A stretch of DNA of 64,000 bases, taken from NCBI GenBank assembly GCA_050633305.1, contig JBOEGF010000023.1:1-64000 (forward strand), in the 5' to 3' direction. The translations under genes were made by a program, and so were the position numbers. Position 1 is the stretch's first letter. The number at the start of each line of letters is the position of its first letter. A model generated the notes under the pieces. The model had not been told where the DNA came from, searched no databases, and worked only from the letters and a program-made list of their open reading frames with translations. The DNA is from Nannocystales bacterium (GTDB lineage Bacteria > Myxococcota_A > Polyangia > Nannocystales > Nannocystaceae). Below, piece by piece: positions 19,431 to 29,069 of this stretch.

Positions 19431-21343
19431 GCATTCCAGACACGCGGGTGCCCCCGGGCCCGGTCCGCGACGCGTGGTCTCGGCACCGGTCCCAAATGCG
19501 CTTGGTCAACCCGTCGAACAAACGAGGCTTGAAGGTGCTCGTGGTGGGCTCGGGACTTGCGGGCGCTGGTGCAGCCGCATCGCTGGCCGAGCAGGGCTAC
19601 GACGTCACCTGCCTCTGCTACCAAGACAGCGCGCGCCGGGCCCACTCCATCGCGGCGCAAGGAGGAATCAACGCCGCGAAGAACTATCAGAACGACGGGG
19701 ACACCATCGGCCGGTTGTTCGCGGACACCCTGCGCGGGGGCGACTACCGCAGTCGGGAGGCCCACGTGCACCGCCTTGCCGAGCTGTCCACCAGGGTTAT
19801 CGACCAGTGCGTGGCGCAAGGCGTCCCGTTTGCCCGCGAGTACGGTGGTGTGCTTGCCAACCGGTCCTTCGGAGGCGTTCAGGTCAAGCGAACCTTCTAC
19901 GCCCGAGGCCAGACCGGACAGCAGCTTCTGTTGGCGGCCTACGGAGCGCTCTCTCGGCAGGTCCGCGAGGGCCGCGTGAAAATGCTGACCCGCCGGGAGG
20001 TGCTCGATGTGGTGGTCGACGATGGTCGTGCCCAGGGCGTGATCGTTCGAGACCTCGTCCGCGGAACACTCGAGCGTCACTGCGCCCACGCCGTCGTGAT
20101 GGCCACCGGCGGCTACGGGACGATCTACTACCTGTCGACGCTGGCCATGGGCTGCAACGCCACCGCAGCCTGGAGAGCCCACCGCCGCGGCGCGTTGTTC
20201 GCAAACCCCAGCTTCGTGCAGATCCATCCCACGTGCCTGATGGCCCAAGGCGATCACCAGGCGAAGCTCACACTCATGTCGGAGTCGTTGCGCAACGACG
20301 GACGGATCTGGGTCCCCGCGGCCAAGGGCGACACACGATCCCCCGGATCGATCCCCGAAGGCGAGCGCGACTACTACCTCGAGCGAAAGTACCCCGCCTA
20401 CGGCAACCTGGCTCCCCGGGACATCGCGTCCCGTGCCGCGAAAGAGGTTTGCGATCAGGGACACGGGATCGGGGCCTCGGGTCGTGGTGTCTACTTGGAC
20501 TTCGAGGATGCCATCGCCCGAGAGGGTATCGAGGTGATCCGAGGGTGTTACGGAAACCTCTTCCAACTGTACGAGACCATCACCGGGGACGACCCGTACA
20601 CCACCCCCATGCGTATCTACCCGGCGGCCCACTTCACGATGGGCGGGCTGTGGGTCGATTACCACCTGATGACGAGCCTCCGGGGCCTGTACGCGGCCGG
20701 CGAGTGCAACTTTGCCGATCACGGGGCCAACCGCCTGGGAGCCAACTCATTGCTTCAGGCGTGCGTCGACGGCAACTTCATCCTGCCGTACACGCTTGGC
20801 CACGACCTCTCAGGGGAGATTGGCACCGCGCCCCCGGACCCCGCGGGGGCTGCGTTTGCTGATGCCGAGGCCGCGGTCCAACAGCGAATCGCGACGCTTC
20901 TCGACAACCGCGGAAGCATCACCCCGCGCACCTTTCACCGACGGCTGGGCGCAGTTCTTTGGGATCGGTGCGGTATCTCCCGCACCGAGGCAGGGCTGCG
21001 CTCGGCACTGCGCGACGTTCAGGCGTTGCAGGACGAGTTTCACCGAGAGGTTCGCGTCGTGGGGCGAGCAGACGCCATGAATCCCGAGCTAGAGAAAGCC
21101 CTACGGGTCAGCGACTTCATGGAGTTGGCCGAATTGATGGTCCGCGACGCCCTCACTCGGGACGAATCGTGTGGGGCACACTTTCGTGAGGAACACCAGA
21201 GTGCCGATGGCGAGGCCCGGCGCAACGACGACGGGTTCATGCACATCAGCGCTTGGCAGCACCGCGACGACGGTGAGCCCGTCCACCACGAGGAACCGCT
21301 GTCCTTCACGCTCGCCTCCCCCTCAACCCGGAGCTACAAGTAG
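19427..21343 (+). CDS. sdhA: Succinate dehydrogenase/fumarate reductase flavoprotein
   Basis: [48 protein letters not shown] coupling to sdhC. Confidence 0.97.
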   Translation: MSIPDTRVPPGPVRDAWSRHRSQMRLVNPSNKRGLKVLVVGSGLAGAGAAASLAEQGYDVTCLCYQDSARRAHSIAAQGGINAAKNYQNDGDTIGRLFADTLRGGDYRSREAHVHRLAELSTRVIDQCVAQGVPFAREYGGVLANRSFGGVQVKRTFYARGQTGQQLLLAAYGALSRQVREGRVKMLTRREVLDVVVDDGRAQGVIVRDLVRGTLERHCAHAVVMATGGYGTIYYLSTLAMGCNATAAWRAHRRGALFANPSFVQIHPTCLMAQGDHQAKLTLMSESLRNDGRIWVPAAKGDTRSPGSIPEGERDYYLERKYPAYGNLAPRDIASRAAKEVCDQGHGIGASGRGVYLDFEDAIAREGIEVIRGCYGNLFQLYETITGDDPYTTPMRIYPAAHFTMGGLWVDYHLMTSLRGLYAAGECNFADHGANRLGANSLLQACVDGNFILPYTLGHDLSGEIGTAPPDPAGAAFADAEAAVQQRIATLLDNRGSITPRTFHRRLGAVLWDRCGISRTEAGLRSALRDVQALQDEFHREVRVVGRADAMNPELEKALRVSDFMELAELMVRDALTRDESCGAHFREEHQSADGEARRNDDGFMHISAWQHRDDGEPVHHEEPLSFTLASPSTRSYK

Positions 21344-22095
21344 TGCGTCTTCAACTGCAGGTTTGGCGGCAAGAGTCCTCGGCGACCCCCGGGTCCTTGG
21401 CGACCTACGAGCTGGAGGACGTCGATCCGCAGATGTCTTTCCTCGAGATGCTGGACCATCTCAACGAGACCTTGGCCGCACAGGGCAAGCGTACGGTCGC
21501 GTTCGACCACGACTGCCGCGAGGGGATCTGTGGGCAGTGCGGTGTATTCATCAACGGACAGCCGCATGGACCCGGGGCAGGGGTCGCGACCTGCCAACTC
21601 CACATGCGCAGCTTTCGTGACGGCTCGACCCTTGTCATCGAGCCATGGCGGGCTGGACCGTTCCCCGTCCTGTGCGACCTCGTCACGGACCGAAGCGCAT
21701 TCGACCGAATCATCGCCTCTGGCGGATTCATCTCCGCGAACACCGGAACGGCACCCGAGGCCAACGCGACTCCGATCGCAAAGCAGGACGCCGAGGATGC
21801 ATTCGACGCTGCCGCATGCATCGGTTGTGGTGCTTGCGTCGCGGTGTGCAAAAACACCTCTGCGGCCCTATTCGTTGGCGCGAAGGTCACCCACCTCGCA
21901 ACGCTTCCACAAGGCCGCGTCGAACGGACGGACCGAGCGCTGAACATGGTGGAGACGATGGAGGCCGAGGGATTCGGCGGGTGCTCGCAAACCGGGGCGT
22001 GCGAAGCCGTGTGCCCCAAGGAGATCAGTGTCCGTGCGATCGCACGGCTGAACTTCGAGTACCTGCGCGCTCGGCTCGTGCGTGCCCTTCGGTAG
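21343..22095 (+). CDS. sdhB: Succinate dehydrogenase/fumarate reductase Fe-S subunit
   Basis: [17 protein letters not shown]...[12 protein letters not shown]. Confidence 0.96.
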   Translation: MRLQLQVWRQESSATPGSLATYELEDVDPQMSFLEMLDHLNETLAAQGKRTVAFDHDCREGICGQCGVFINGQPHGPGAGVATCQLHMRSFRDGSTLVIEPWRAGPFPVLCDLVTDRSAFDRIIASGGFISANTGTAPEANATPIAKQDAEDAFDAAACIGCGACVAVCKNTSAALFVGAKVTHLATLPQGRVERTDRALNMVETMEAEGFGGCSQTGACEAVCPKEISVRAIARLNFEYLRARLVRALR

Positions 22096-22139
22096 TACCG
22101 CCCATCACCGATGCGGCCCGACGGGGTCGTCCGGGGTCG

Positions 22140-23663
22140 CTACCGGTCCAAGACCGCCCGGATCTTCGAAAGCAGAGCACTGGGGGTGAATGGCTTCTGT
22201 ACAAACGCAACGCCCTCATCGAGAACGCTCTGATGGACGACGGCGTCGTCGGTGTAGCCGGACATGTAGACCACTTTGAGGCCCGGCCACCTCACCGTCA
22301 GCCGCTCCGCGAGTTCACGGCCCCCCATCTCGGGCATGATGACATCCGTCAAGACGAGATCGATCTGCTGACCATGTTCCCCGGCGACCTCCAACGCATC
22401 GCCGCCGTGTACGGCCTCCAAGACGTCGTAGCCCCGCGCACGGAGAATGCGACTCACCGCCCTGCGAACCATCTCCTCGTCTTCGACGAGAAGAATCCTC
22501 TCGGATCCCGCGAGGGGCAGCGCCTTCGCTCGTTGGGGCTTCGGCGTCGCCGCTGGCGTGTCGACGCGGGGCAGATAGACCTTGAACGTCGTCCCCTTCC
22601 CCACCTCACTATCGACGCGAAGATACCCGTTGGACTGTTTGACGATGCCAAACACCGTGGAGAGCCCAAGGCCTGTCCCCTGCGCCTTCGTGGAGAAGAA
22701 CGGCTCGAACATCTGGTTCTGCGTCTCCTCATTCATCCCGCATCCCGTATCGGTCATCGAGATCATCACGTAGGACCCGGGGGGAACCGTCGTTTTCCCT
22801 TCTGTGACGCCACCCTCTGAGATCTCGACGTTCGCCGTCTCGATGGTGAGGTCCCCCCCGTCGGGCATGGCATCTCGCGCGTTGATCGCGAGATTCATCA
22901 AGACCTGCTCGACTTGGGTGGGGTCGACACGAACACGTCCCAGTCCTTCATCGAGGTTCATTCTGAGACCGATGTCTGTGCCGATCAGGCGACGGAGCAT
23001 GCTGCCGACGTTGCTCACCTCGTCATCGAGATTCACGACACGCAGCTCCTGGATCTGACGCCGACTGAACGCGAGAAGCTGAGCGACGAGCCGTGTGGCC
23101 CGCTCGGAGGCATCCAGGATCACATCCAGGTCTTCTCGGACGGGGTCTCCTTCGCTGAACTTGTCGCAAAGGAAGACCGTGTAGGTCCGGATCACGGTCA
23201 GCACGTTGTTGAAGTCGTGGGCAACTCCACCGGCCAACCGCCCCACGGCCTCCATCCGTTGACCGGCTTGCAGCTGGCGCTCCATCCGAGCCCGCTCCTC
23301 CCGGGCCGCAAGTCGGTCGCTGATGTCGCGAATCGAGCTCGACACCATCATCCCGCTGTCGGTCTTCACTGGGCTGAGGCTGATCTCGATTGGAATCTCC
23401 CGGCCATCCTTCCTCAAGCCCCACAGTTCGAGTCCTGCACCCATCCCTCGCTTTTCGGGCTCGCAGAAGTAGCCCTCGCGGTGTTCGGGGTGTCTCATCC
23501 GAAACCGCTCGGGGATCAAGAGTTCGATTCGTTCTCCGACAAGCTCTCCTCGTGTGTACCCAAAAAGACTCTCGGTCTGCGCATTGACCAGGGTGATCAC
23601 GCCGTCGGGTGCCATGACCACCATCGCGTCGGGGGCCACCTCCAAGAAGTCTTGAAACTCCAT
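22140..23663 (-). CDS. PAS hybrid sensor histidine kinase/receiver (CckA-like architecture)
   Basis: PAS domain; GGVAHDFNN; NARDAM; FEPFFSTK..GTGLGL; receiver ILLVEDE...TDVIMP...KPF. Confidence 0.95.
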   Translation of the reverse strand: MEFQDFLEVAPDAMVVMAPDGVITLVNAQTESLFGYTRGELVGERIELLIPERFRMRHPEHREGYFCEPEKRGMGAGLELWGLRKDGREIPIEISLSPVKTDSGMMVSSSIRDISDRLAAREERARMERQLQAGQRMEAVGRLAGGVAHDFNNVLTVIRTYTVFLCDKFSEGDPVREDLDVILDASERATRLVAQLLAFSRRQIQELRVVNLDDEVSNVGSMLRRLIGTDIGLRMNLDEGLGRVRVDPTQVEQVLMNLAINARDAMPDGGDLTIETANVEISEGGVTEGKTTVPPGSYVMISMTDTGCGMNEETQNQMFEPFFSTKAQGTGLGLSTVFGIVKQSNGYLRVDSEVGKGTTFKVYLPRVDTPAATPKPQRAKALPLAGSERILLVEDEEMVRRAVSRILRARGYDVLEAVHGGDALEVAGEHGQQIDLVLTDVIMPEMGGRELAERLTVRWPGLKVVYMSGYTDDAVVHQSVLDEGVAFVQKPFTPSALLSKIRAVLDR

Positions 23664-23920
23664 ACGCCTAGGCCGCAGCACCTCTCGCGGCGGGCCGAGA
23701 ACCGCGATCCGACCTCCCGCTGCGCGGCCCTCTCACAGCGGGCTATCCAGATCATGAGGGCTGTCAGCACAAACGAACATCCCTGCAAAATCCCACCGCC
23801 ACCATCCGCCGGCCCGGCAGAATCGGCACACCACGTCAGTCTCCGAGCGCAGTCTTTGCTGGCGACCTCCGCCTCGGACGGGAACGGGGCGCGCGAGCTA
23901 GAATGGGGGGCCGCCTTCTT

Positions 23921-25165
23921 TCAGCCGGTCGACAACTCGAGACTCGGGTCGTCTGAGCCTCGGTGTTCCCGAGGCGCGCCGACCGACTTGTTGAGGGGCT
24001 CCGGCCCGACGGACGTTCCGTCCGTCACCAGATAATACCCGGTCACATGAAGCGCCGCGTTCCCTCGTTTCGGGACGTCGAATACGAACACCTCACTCTC
24101 GCCCTCCTTCAAGATGAGCGGGTTTCGGATGTCGCCGCAGCCCGGCACAGCGAGACCACGCGGGGCGGCACATCGGAGGGGTCGGAGTTCCTCCGAGCCG
24201 ACACGCACCGCGACCTTGGACGCGCGGGTGACCTCCGGCTTTCGCTCCAGCAGTTCGACCTCCAGCCTGCCTCGCCCTACGATCCCCAGATCGGTCAGCT
24301 GTGTCCCTGCGAGGCTCGCGTCGCGGAGGTTCGTGAGGGTCTCCCCTCGTTCGACGCCATCGACGCGAACGAACGGACACGCCGCAAACCCGCAGCGGGT
24401 ACGCCTATCGAGGGTCCGCTCCATGCTGACCTTGGCGATCTCCTCCGTCTCCGGGATCCAGCGGTAGGACTCGACTGTCCGGGCCTCGATCCCGTTCCGT
24501 GCCTCTGGGGGCTCAGCATCCCGGATGCACTTCATCCCCACGACCTGCAGTCTCCCCTTGCCCGTGAGCGTGGGACGGACGCCATGGGGGGTCGTCAGAA
24601 CACCTCCGTCTTCGAGGATGTTGGCCAACACCCCGCCGCGGATGGAGAAGACTTGGTGGTCCCACGGAGGGTCTTCGGCTCCACTCTCGGGGAGCGTCAC
24701 CAGGAGCGCGCGTTGTCTTGCATCGAGTTCAATCTCGACGATCTCGTACTCCCGCCGGGCTCCCGACGGATCGACGGGTCTCAGTCTGATGAGCTGTTCC
24801 TGATAGCGAAGGTAGCCATTTTCGGTGAGATGCACCTCGTCCAGGGCTCCATCTCCATCGAGGTCTGACAGAAGCAAGCGCACCGAGTCGCCAGGTTCTG
24901 GGGGCGACTCGCCGGAGGCGGGCGAGGTCGGAAGGGTGCCCGGAGAGGGGGAGGCAACCGCCGGCTGAGGACAGTCCATGAGCGGCTCCGGCAGCTCCAC
25001 ACGGGGGCCGGCGGGACCACGTGCCCTCGGGGTCGTGCTCACGTGCTCGGGCGGGCTCGCGTTGCAGGCGACGCCCGGAGTCACCACAGACAACCAGACC
25101 ACAGCCAAGCCTCGCAATTGCCGTGGCGGATGAAGAGTCCTTCTTTGGATCGTGTCCGCGGTCAT
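23921..25165 (-). CDS. Hypothetical lipoprotein
   Basis: GVAC lipobox; Pro-rich stalk; DLDGDG loop; C-terminal domain starting ACPFV; ATGA-coupled to the upstream gene. Confidence 0.7.
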   Translation of the reverse strand: MTADTIQRRTLHPPRQLRGLAVVWLSVVTPGVACNASPPEHVSTTPRARGPAGPRVELPEPLMDCPQPAVASPSPGTLPTSPASGESPPEPGDSVRLLLSDLDGDGALDEVHLTENGYLRYQEQLIRLRPVDPSGARREYEIVEIELDARQRALLVTLPESGAEDPPWDHQVFSIRGGVLANILEDGGVLTTPHGVRPTLTGKGRLQVVGMKCIRDAEPPEARNGIEARTVESYRWIPETEEIAKVSMERTLDRRTRCGFAACPFVRVDGVERGETLTNLRDASLAGTQLTDLGIVGRGRLEVELLERKPEVTRASKVAVRVGSEELRPLRCAAPRGLAVPGCGDIRNPLILKEGESEVFVFDVPKRGNAALHVTGYYLVTDGTSVGPEPLNKSVGAPREHRGSDDPSLELSTG

Positions 25166-26319
25166 TCGTTCCCGACGCCTTCGTGGCTCCAGGAGCAGCT
25201 CTCGCCGAGCGGAGAGTCGATGGACAGGCAGGACTTCAACTCGCACCACGCCGCGTCGGGGCACTCGAAGCAGGCATGCCCAGGCACGGCTCCGCCACAG
25301 GCTTCGTCGCAGGCCTTCAGGGCCGCGCGGTGCTTCTGCGAGCAGTCCCAAAAGCGTTTGGTCATGGGGACGTCCGCGAGGATGCCCGGTTGCACGCAGT
25401 CTTGGTGCGCCCGACTTGTCTCGGATGCGATCTTCCATGCCCGGCCGTCCTTTTTCATCACGATCAGCTTCACGTGGGTTCCTTGTTCTGTCGGGTCGTC
25501 CGACGCCGAAACATAGTCACGGGCCCCGGCGGGCAGCGAGTCCTCGTCGTACGAGCGCGAGTAGACCCCGTAGTCCACGAAAACCACTTCCTCGGCGCTT
25601 GCACTGATGAGACGGGTTCGCGCCGCAAAGACCTCTCCGTGTCCGATCGACCCGCTCCGCGCTTTCTCCAACGCCTTGCGCCCGTTTTTTGTCTCAGCGT
25701 AGAAGCAATCCAACTCCGGGGCGAAGCCGTCGAAGTAAGACTCGCGGTCTCCTCGGCGATACGCCTTCAAGGTATCGAGATAGGACTCCAAGGCGTCTGA
25801 GGCCAGCTGACGCGCGACCATCCGCCGTTCTGCGGACGTCACAACCTCGGCTGTGACATCTTCGCAAAGGGGAGTCTCATGGTAGTCGACCACCTTGTCG
25901 CAGAACTCCCCACTCCAACCGTCGGGAGTGTCCTGGATCTGGAAGTAGAACTGGCGCCCGTCGGGCGCACAAGCGGCTGCTGCAGCTGGCAAGACCACTT
26001 CTGAGGTCTGCTCAGTCTGGCATCCTGCGAATCTCCAACGACCTCGACAATGTCCCCCATCGACATCCTTGATCTCGACCCCTTCGCCCGCACTGCAGCC
26101 CATCGTGGATAGGCAGGTGGCTTCGTCCAGTCCTCCGCACCCCGACAGCGCTTCGAGAGTTCCCGGCGCAGGGATCGGTTCAGTGCCTTCCGGTGCCTCG
26201 ACAGCGGGAGTCAGCGTGGCATCCCCGGGCTGCACGTCGGTGCCGCCCCTTGGCTCCGCCGAGCTTCGCGTGCACGCGCCCAGGAGCAACAGTGATATCG
26301 ACAATGTTCGGAGTTTCAT
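25162..26319 (-). CDS. Cys-rich lipoprotein with possible NTF2-like central domain
   Basis: LLLGAC lipobox; AYRRGDRESYFDGFA...KKDGRAWKIASE; Cys-rich termini. Confidence 0.7.
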   Translation of the reverse strand: MKLRTLSISLLLLGACTRSSAEPRGGTDVQPGDATLTPAVEAPEGTEPIPAPGTLEALSGCGGLDEATCLSTMGCSAGEGVEIKDVDGGHCRGRWRFAGCQTEQTSEVVLPAAAAACAPDGRQFYFQIQDTPDGWSGEFCDKVVDYHETPLCEDVTAEVVTSAERRMVARQLASDALESYLDTLKAYRRGDRESYFDGFAPELDCFYAETKNGRKALEKARSGSIGHGEVFAARTRLISASAEEVVFVDYGVYSRSYDEDSLPAGARDYVSASDDPTEQGTHVKLIVMKKDGRAWKIASETSRAHQDCVQPGILADVPMTKRFWDCSQKHRAALKACDEACGGAVPGHACFECPDAAWCELKSCLSIDSPLGESCSWSHEGVGNE

Positions 26320-26469
26320 CTTGCGCCTAGCCCCTCTTGAACGTCCGCCCCGCGGCGTCGCTTCCACCCCTTCGCGCGATCCACAGTCGCAGAAATGCGA
26401 CCGTCTCCAGGCTCCGCCCGCCAGACCTCGCCATGGAACAACCCACCGGCCGCACACGTCGGGCTCTGC

Positions 26470-27075
26470 ATGTGGCGCCATCTATCGCTCGTCCTCTTCC
26501 TCTGCACCGGATGTACGCGCGCCGCAGGTCGGGCCAACGCGGTGCACGCCGCGGAAGACCTGGACAAGACCTCGTCCGCAGCGAGTACAAGCCGACTCGG
26601 ACCCGAGGACCGAGGTGCATGCATCGCGAACGTCCAGCTCGATGCTGAACGTCAACTCGCGACGATGTTCTCCGAGCCTCCAGACCCCGATTTCGTCGCG
26701 TCGATGCGCCCAGTCCCCGACCTTGATCGGGACGGCGCTGCCGAGGAAATGTGGCAGGCCGAGTCGTTGTGCGGCGTGACGGGAAACTGCCCTCGCGTGC
26801 TGTACCTCTCGAATCACGGCTGCCAAGTTCGAGTGGCTTCGCTGTGGGCGGCCGAAGTCTCCGTCGACCCCGATGACGGCCTCGAATCCAGCTCGGTTCA
26901 GACCTGGACCAAGGACGGTTGCGTCGGTCTCGCGGGCCAGTGGCGGCGATACGCTTGGGATGAGGGGCGTGGTGCCTATCAGCCACTCCCACCGGTCGAG
27001 TGTCAGTGTCCCATCGACGACGATGGTGTGGAGCGTACGGGGCTCGCCCCCCGACCTCCGCAGTGCCCTCGCTGA
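26470..27075 (+). CDS. Hypothetical lipoprotein
   Basis: Signal with CTGC; DLDRDG..E loop; LCGVTGNC. Confidence 0.65.
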   Translation: MWRHLSLVLFLCTGCTRAAGRANAVHAAEDLDKTSSAASTSRLGPEDRGACIANVQLDAERQLATMFSEPPDPDFVASMRPVPDLDRDGAAEEMWQAESLCGVTGNCPRVLYLSNHGCQVRVASLWAAEVSVDPDDGLESSSVQTWTKDGCVGLAGQWRRYAWDEGRGAYQPLPPVECQCPIDDDGVERTGLAPRPPQCPR

Positions 27076-27422
27076 ATCACAAGGCCCCGTCTCCACCGGC
27101 CTGCTCCTGCGTCGCGCAGATGCGCAGGTGCTCGCCATTCCGAGGTGAACTGCGGCCGCGCGTGACGTCTCGGGTCCATCGCCGAGGGACGCGAACAACC
27201 TCGGCAAGTGAGACGTGGGGACCTTGCGCAGCACGCTTCCCTTCGGTCCGGCCGCCGCCCCTGCCTTGCGCACGCCCCAGGGGGCGCTGAGGGCCGGCAT
27301 CACCCATGCCGCGGAGCTCGACACGTCAGGGCGGCCGAGCGACGGAATGCTGGCGTGAGCGGGCCCCCACTCACCCTCCTGCCGATTTCCCATGTGCCCC
27401 TGATATCCTCGCTCGAACCGCC

Positions 27423-29069
27423 GTGCCCCAACCGACCGACGAAGAGCTGATCGCAACCTGGGCTCCTCAGCCCGCCCCGCTACTACCGCTGCTACACGCG
27501 TTCCACGACCGCGACGGGTACCTCTCCGACGAGGCCCTGCGCACCGTATCGGACGGCTTGAAGATCCCCCTTGCCGACCTGTTCGGGACGGTGACCTTCT
27601 ACCACCACTTCGCGCGAACACCCGGCGGCCTCGCAGCTCCGCGAGTCTGCGATGGGCCAGTCTGTCGGATGCGGGGCTACGACGGATTGCACGCGTCGCT
27701 CACCGACGCCACGCCCATGCCCTGCGCAGGGCGATGCGATGGCCCGATCCCAGTCCTCACTGGCCACACGGTGCGAGTCGGCACGGACGCCGCGACGCTC
27801 GAGGACACACCCACTCCGCTTCCGCCCGTCTATCCCGGGTCCGGTACGGAGTGCGTGTTCGCTCAGATCCGCGAGCCAGGGCGGGCGACGCTGGAAGGAT
27901 ACCGACACACGGGTGGATACGCGGCACTGGACGCGGTCCGTACGGACGCATCCAAGGTCTTGGACGTACTCGAGGCCAGTGGCCTTGCAGGCCGCGGCGG
28001 CGCTGGTTTCCCGACCGCTCGCAAGTGGCGAGCCGTCGCCGATGCCGATGCCCGCGGCGGACACAAGACCATCGTGTGCAACGCCGATGAAGGCGAGCCG
28101 GGCTGTTTCAAGGACCGGGCGTTGATGGATCACGACCCCCACGCGCTCGTCGAAGGCATGGCCATCGCGGCGCAGGCCACCGGAGCCAGCGTTGGCTTCA
28201 TCTACCTGCGCTACGAGTATCCGCAGACCGTCCCAATCCTCGAACGAGCGCTCGCCGAAGCCAAGGCTGCAGGACTGCTCGAGGGCTTCGACCTCATGAT
28301 TCGCCGGGGTGCCGGGGCGTACGTGTGTGGCGAGGAGACGTCGCTGCTCAACTCGCTCGAGGGCAAGCACCCCTTCCCGCGAAACCGCCCGCCCTACCCG
28401 GTCACCCACGGGTTCGACGATCGGCCCACCGCCGTCAACAACGTCGAGACTCTCTGTGCCGTCGCCCCGATTCTGAACAACGGCGCGGATTGGTACCAAG
28501 GCCTGGGCCATGGCGAACACGCGGGCACCAAAGTCATCAGCCTCTCGGGTGACGTCGCCCGCCCGGGCAACTACGAGGTGCCCATCGGTCTCCCGCTGAT
28601 GGACCTCATCCACGACTGGGCAGGAGGACCCTTGCCCGGGCGCACTGTTCAGGCCGCGACCATGGCCGGTCTCTCGGGCGGCTTCGTGGCAGGCGAGGAC
28701 CTCAGCGTCACCCTCGACGAACCTGCCCTGCGTGCCAAGGGGTCGTTCCTCGGTGCTGGGGGCATCATGGTGTTCGACGACACCCGCGACATGGTCGACG
28801 TGAGTCGGCAGGCGATGGAGTTCTTCGCCCACGAATCCTGCGGCAAGTGCTTCCCGTGCCGCATCGGCACCCAACGACTCTCCGAGCGTCTCGGCGACAC
28901 CGGGCCACGCTCGTTGTCGGTGTGGAACGAAGAAGTCGCCGACATCGGCAACACCATGAAGGCCACCAGCGCCTGCGGGCTTGGCGTGGCGGCCCCGCTC
29001 ATCACCGACAGCCTCGTCCGCTACTTCCCCGAGCGCGTCCAGCAACACGTGGAGAAGACCCGAGCATGA
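27423..29069 (+). CDS. NAD-linked formate dehydrogenase diaphorase subunit, NuoE+NuoF (FdsG+FdsB) fusion
   Basis: NuoE-like GTVTFYHHF, CDGPVC, CAGRC; NuoF-like GRGGAGFP, CNADEGEPG, GAGAYVCGEET, ESCGKCFPCRIG, SACGLG. Confidence 0.93.
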   Translation: MPQPTDEELIATWAPQPAPLLPLLHAFHDRDGYLSDEALRTVSDGLKIPLADLFGTVTFYHHFARTPGGLAAPRVCDGPVCRMRGYDGLHASLTDATPMPCAGRCDGPIPVLTGHTVRVGTDAATLEDTPTPLPPVYPGSGTECVFAQIREPGRATLEGYRHTGGYAALDAVRTDASKVLDVLEASGLAGRGGAGFPTARKWRAVADADARGGHKTIVCNADEGEPGCFKDRALMDHDPHALVEGMAIAAQATGASVGFIYLRYEYPQTVPILERALAEAKAAGLLEGFDLMIRRGAGAYVCGEETSLLNSLEGKHPFPRNRPPYPVTHGFDDRPTAVNNVETLCAVAPILNNGADWYQGLGHGEHAGTKVISLSGDVARPGNYEVPIGLPLMDLIHDWAGGPLPGRTVQAATMAGLSGGFVAGEDLSVTLDEPALRAKGSFLGAGGIMVFDDTRDMVDVSRQAMEFFAHESCGKCFPCRIGTQRLSERLGDTGPRSLSVWNEEVADIGNTMKATSACGLGVAAPLITDSLVRYFPERVQQHVEKTRA

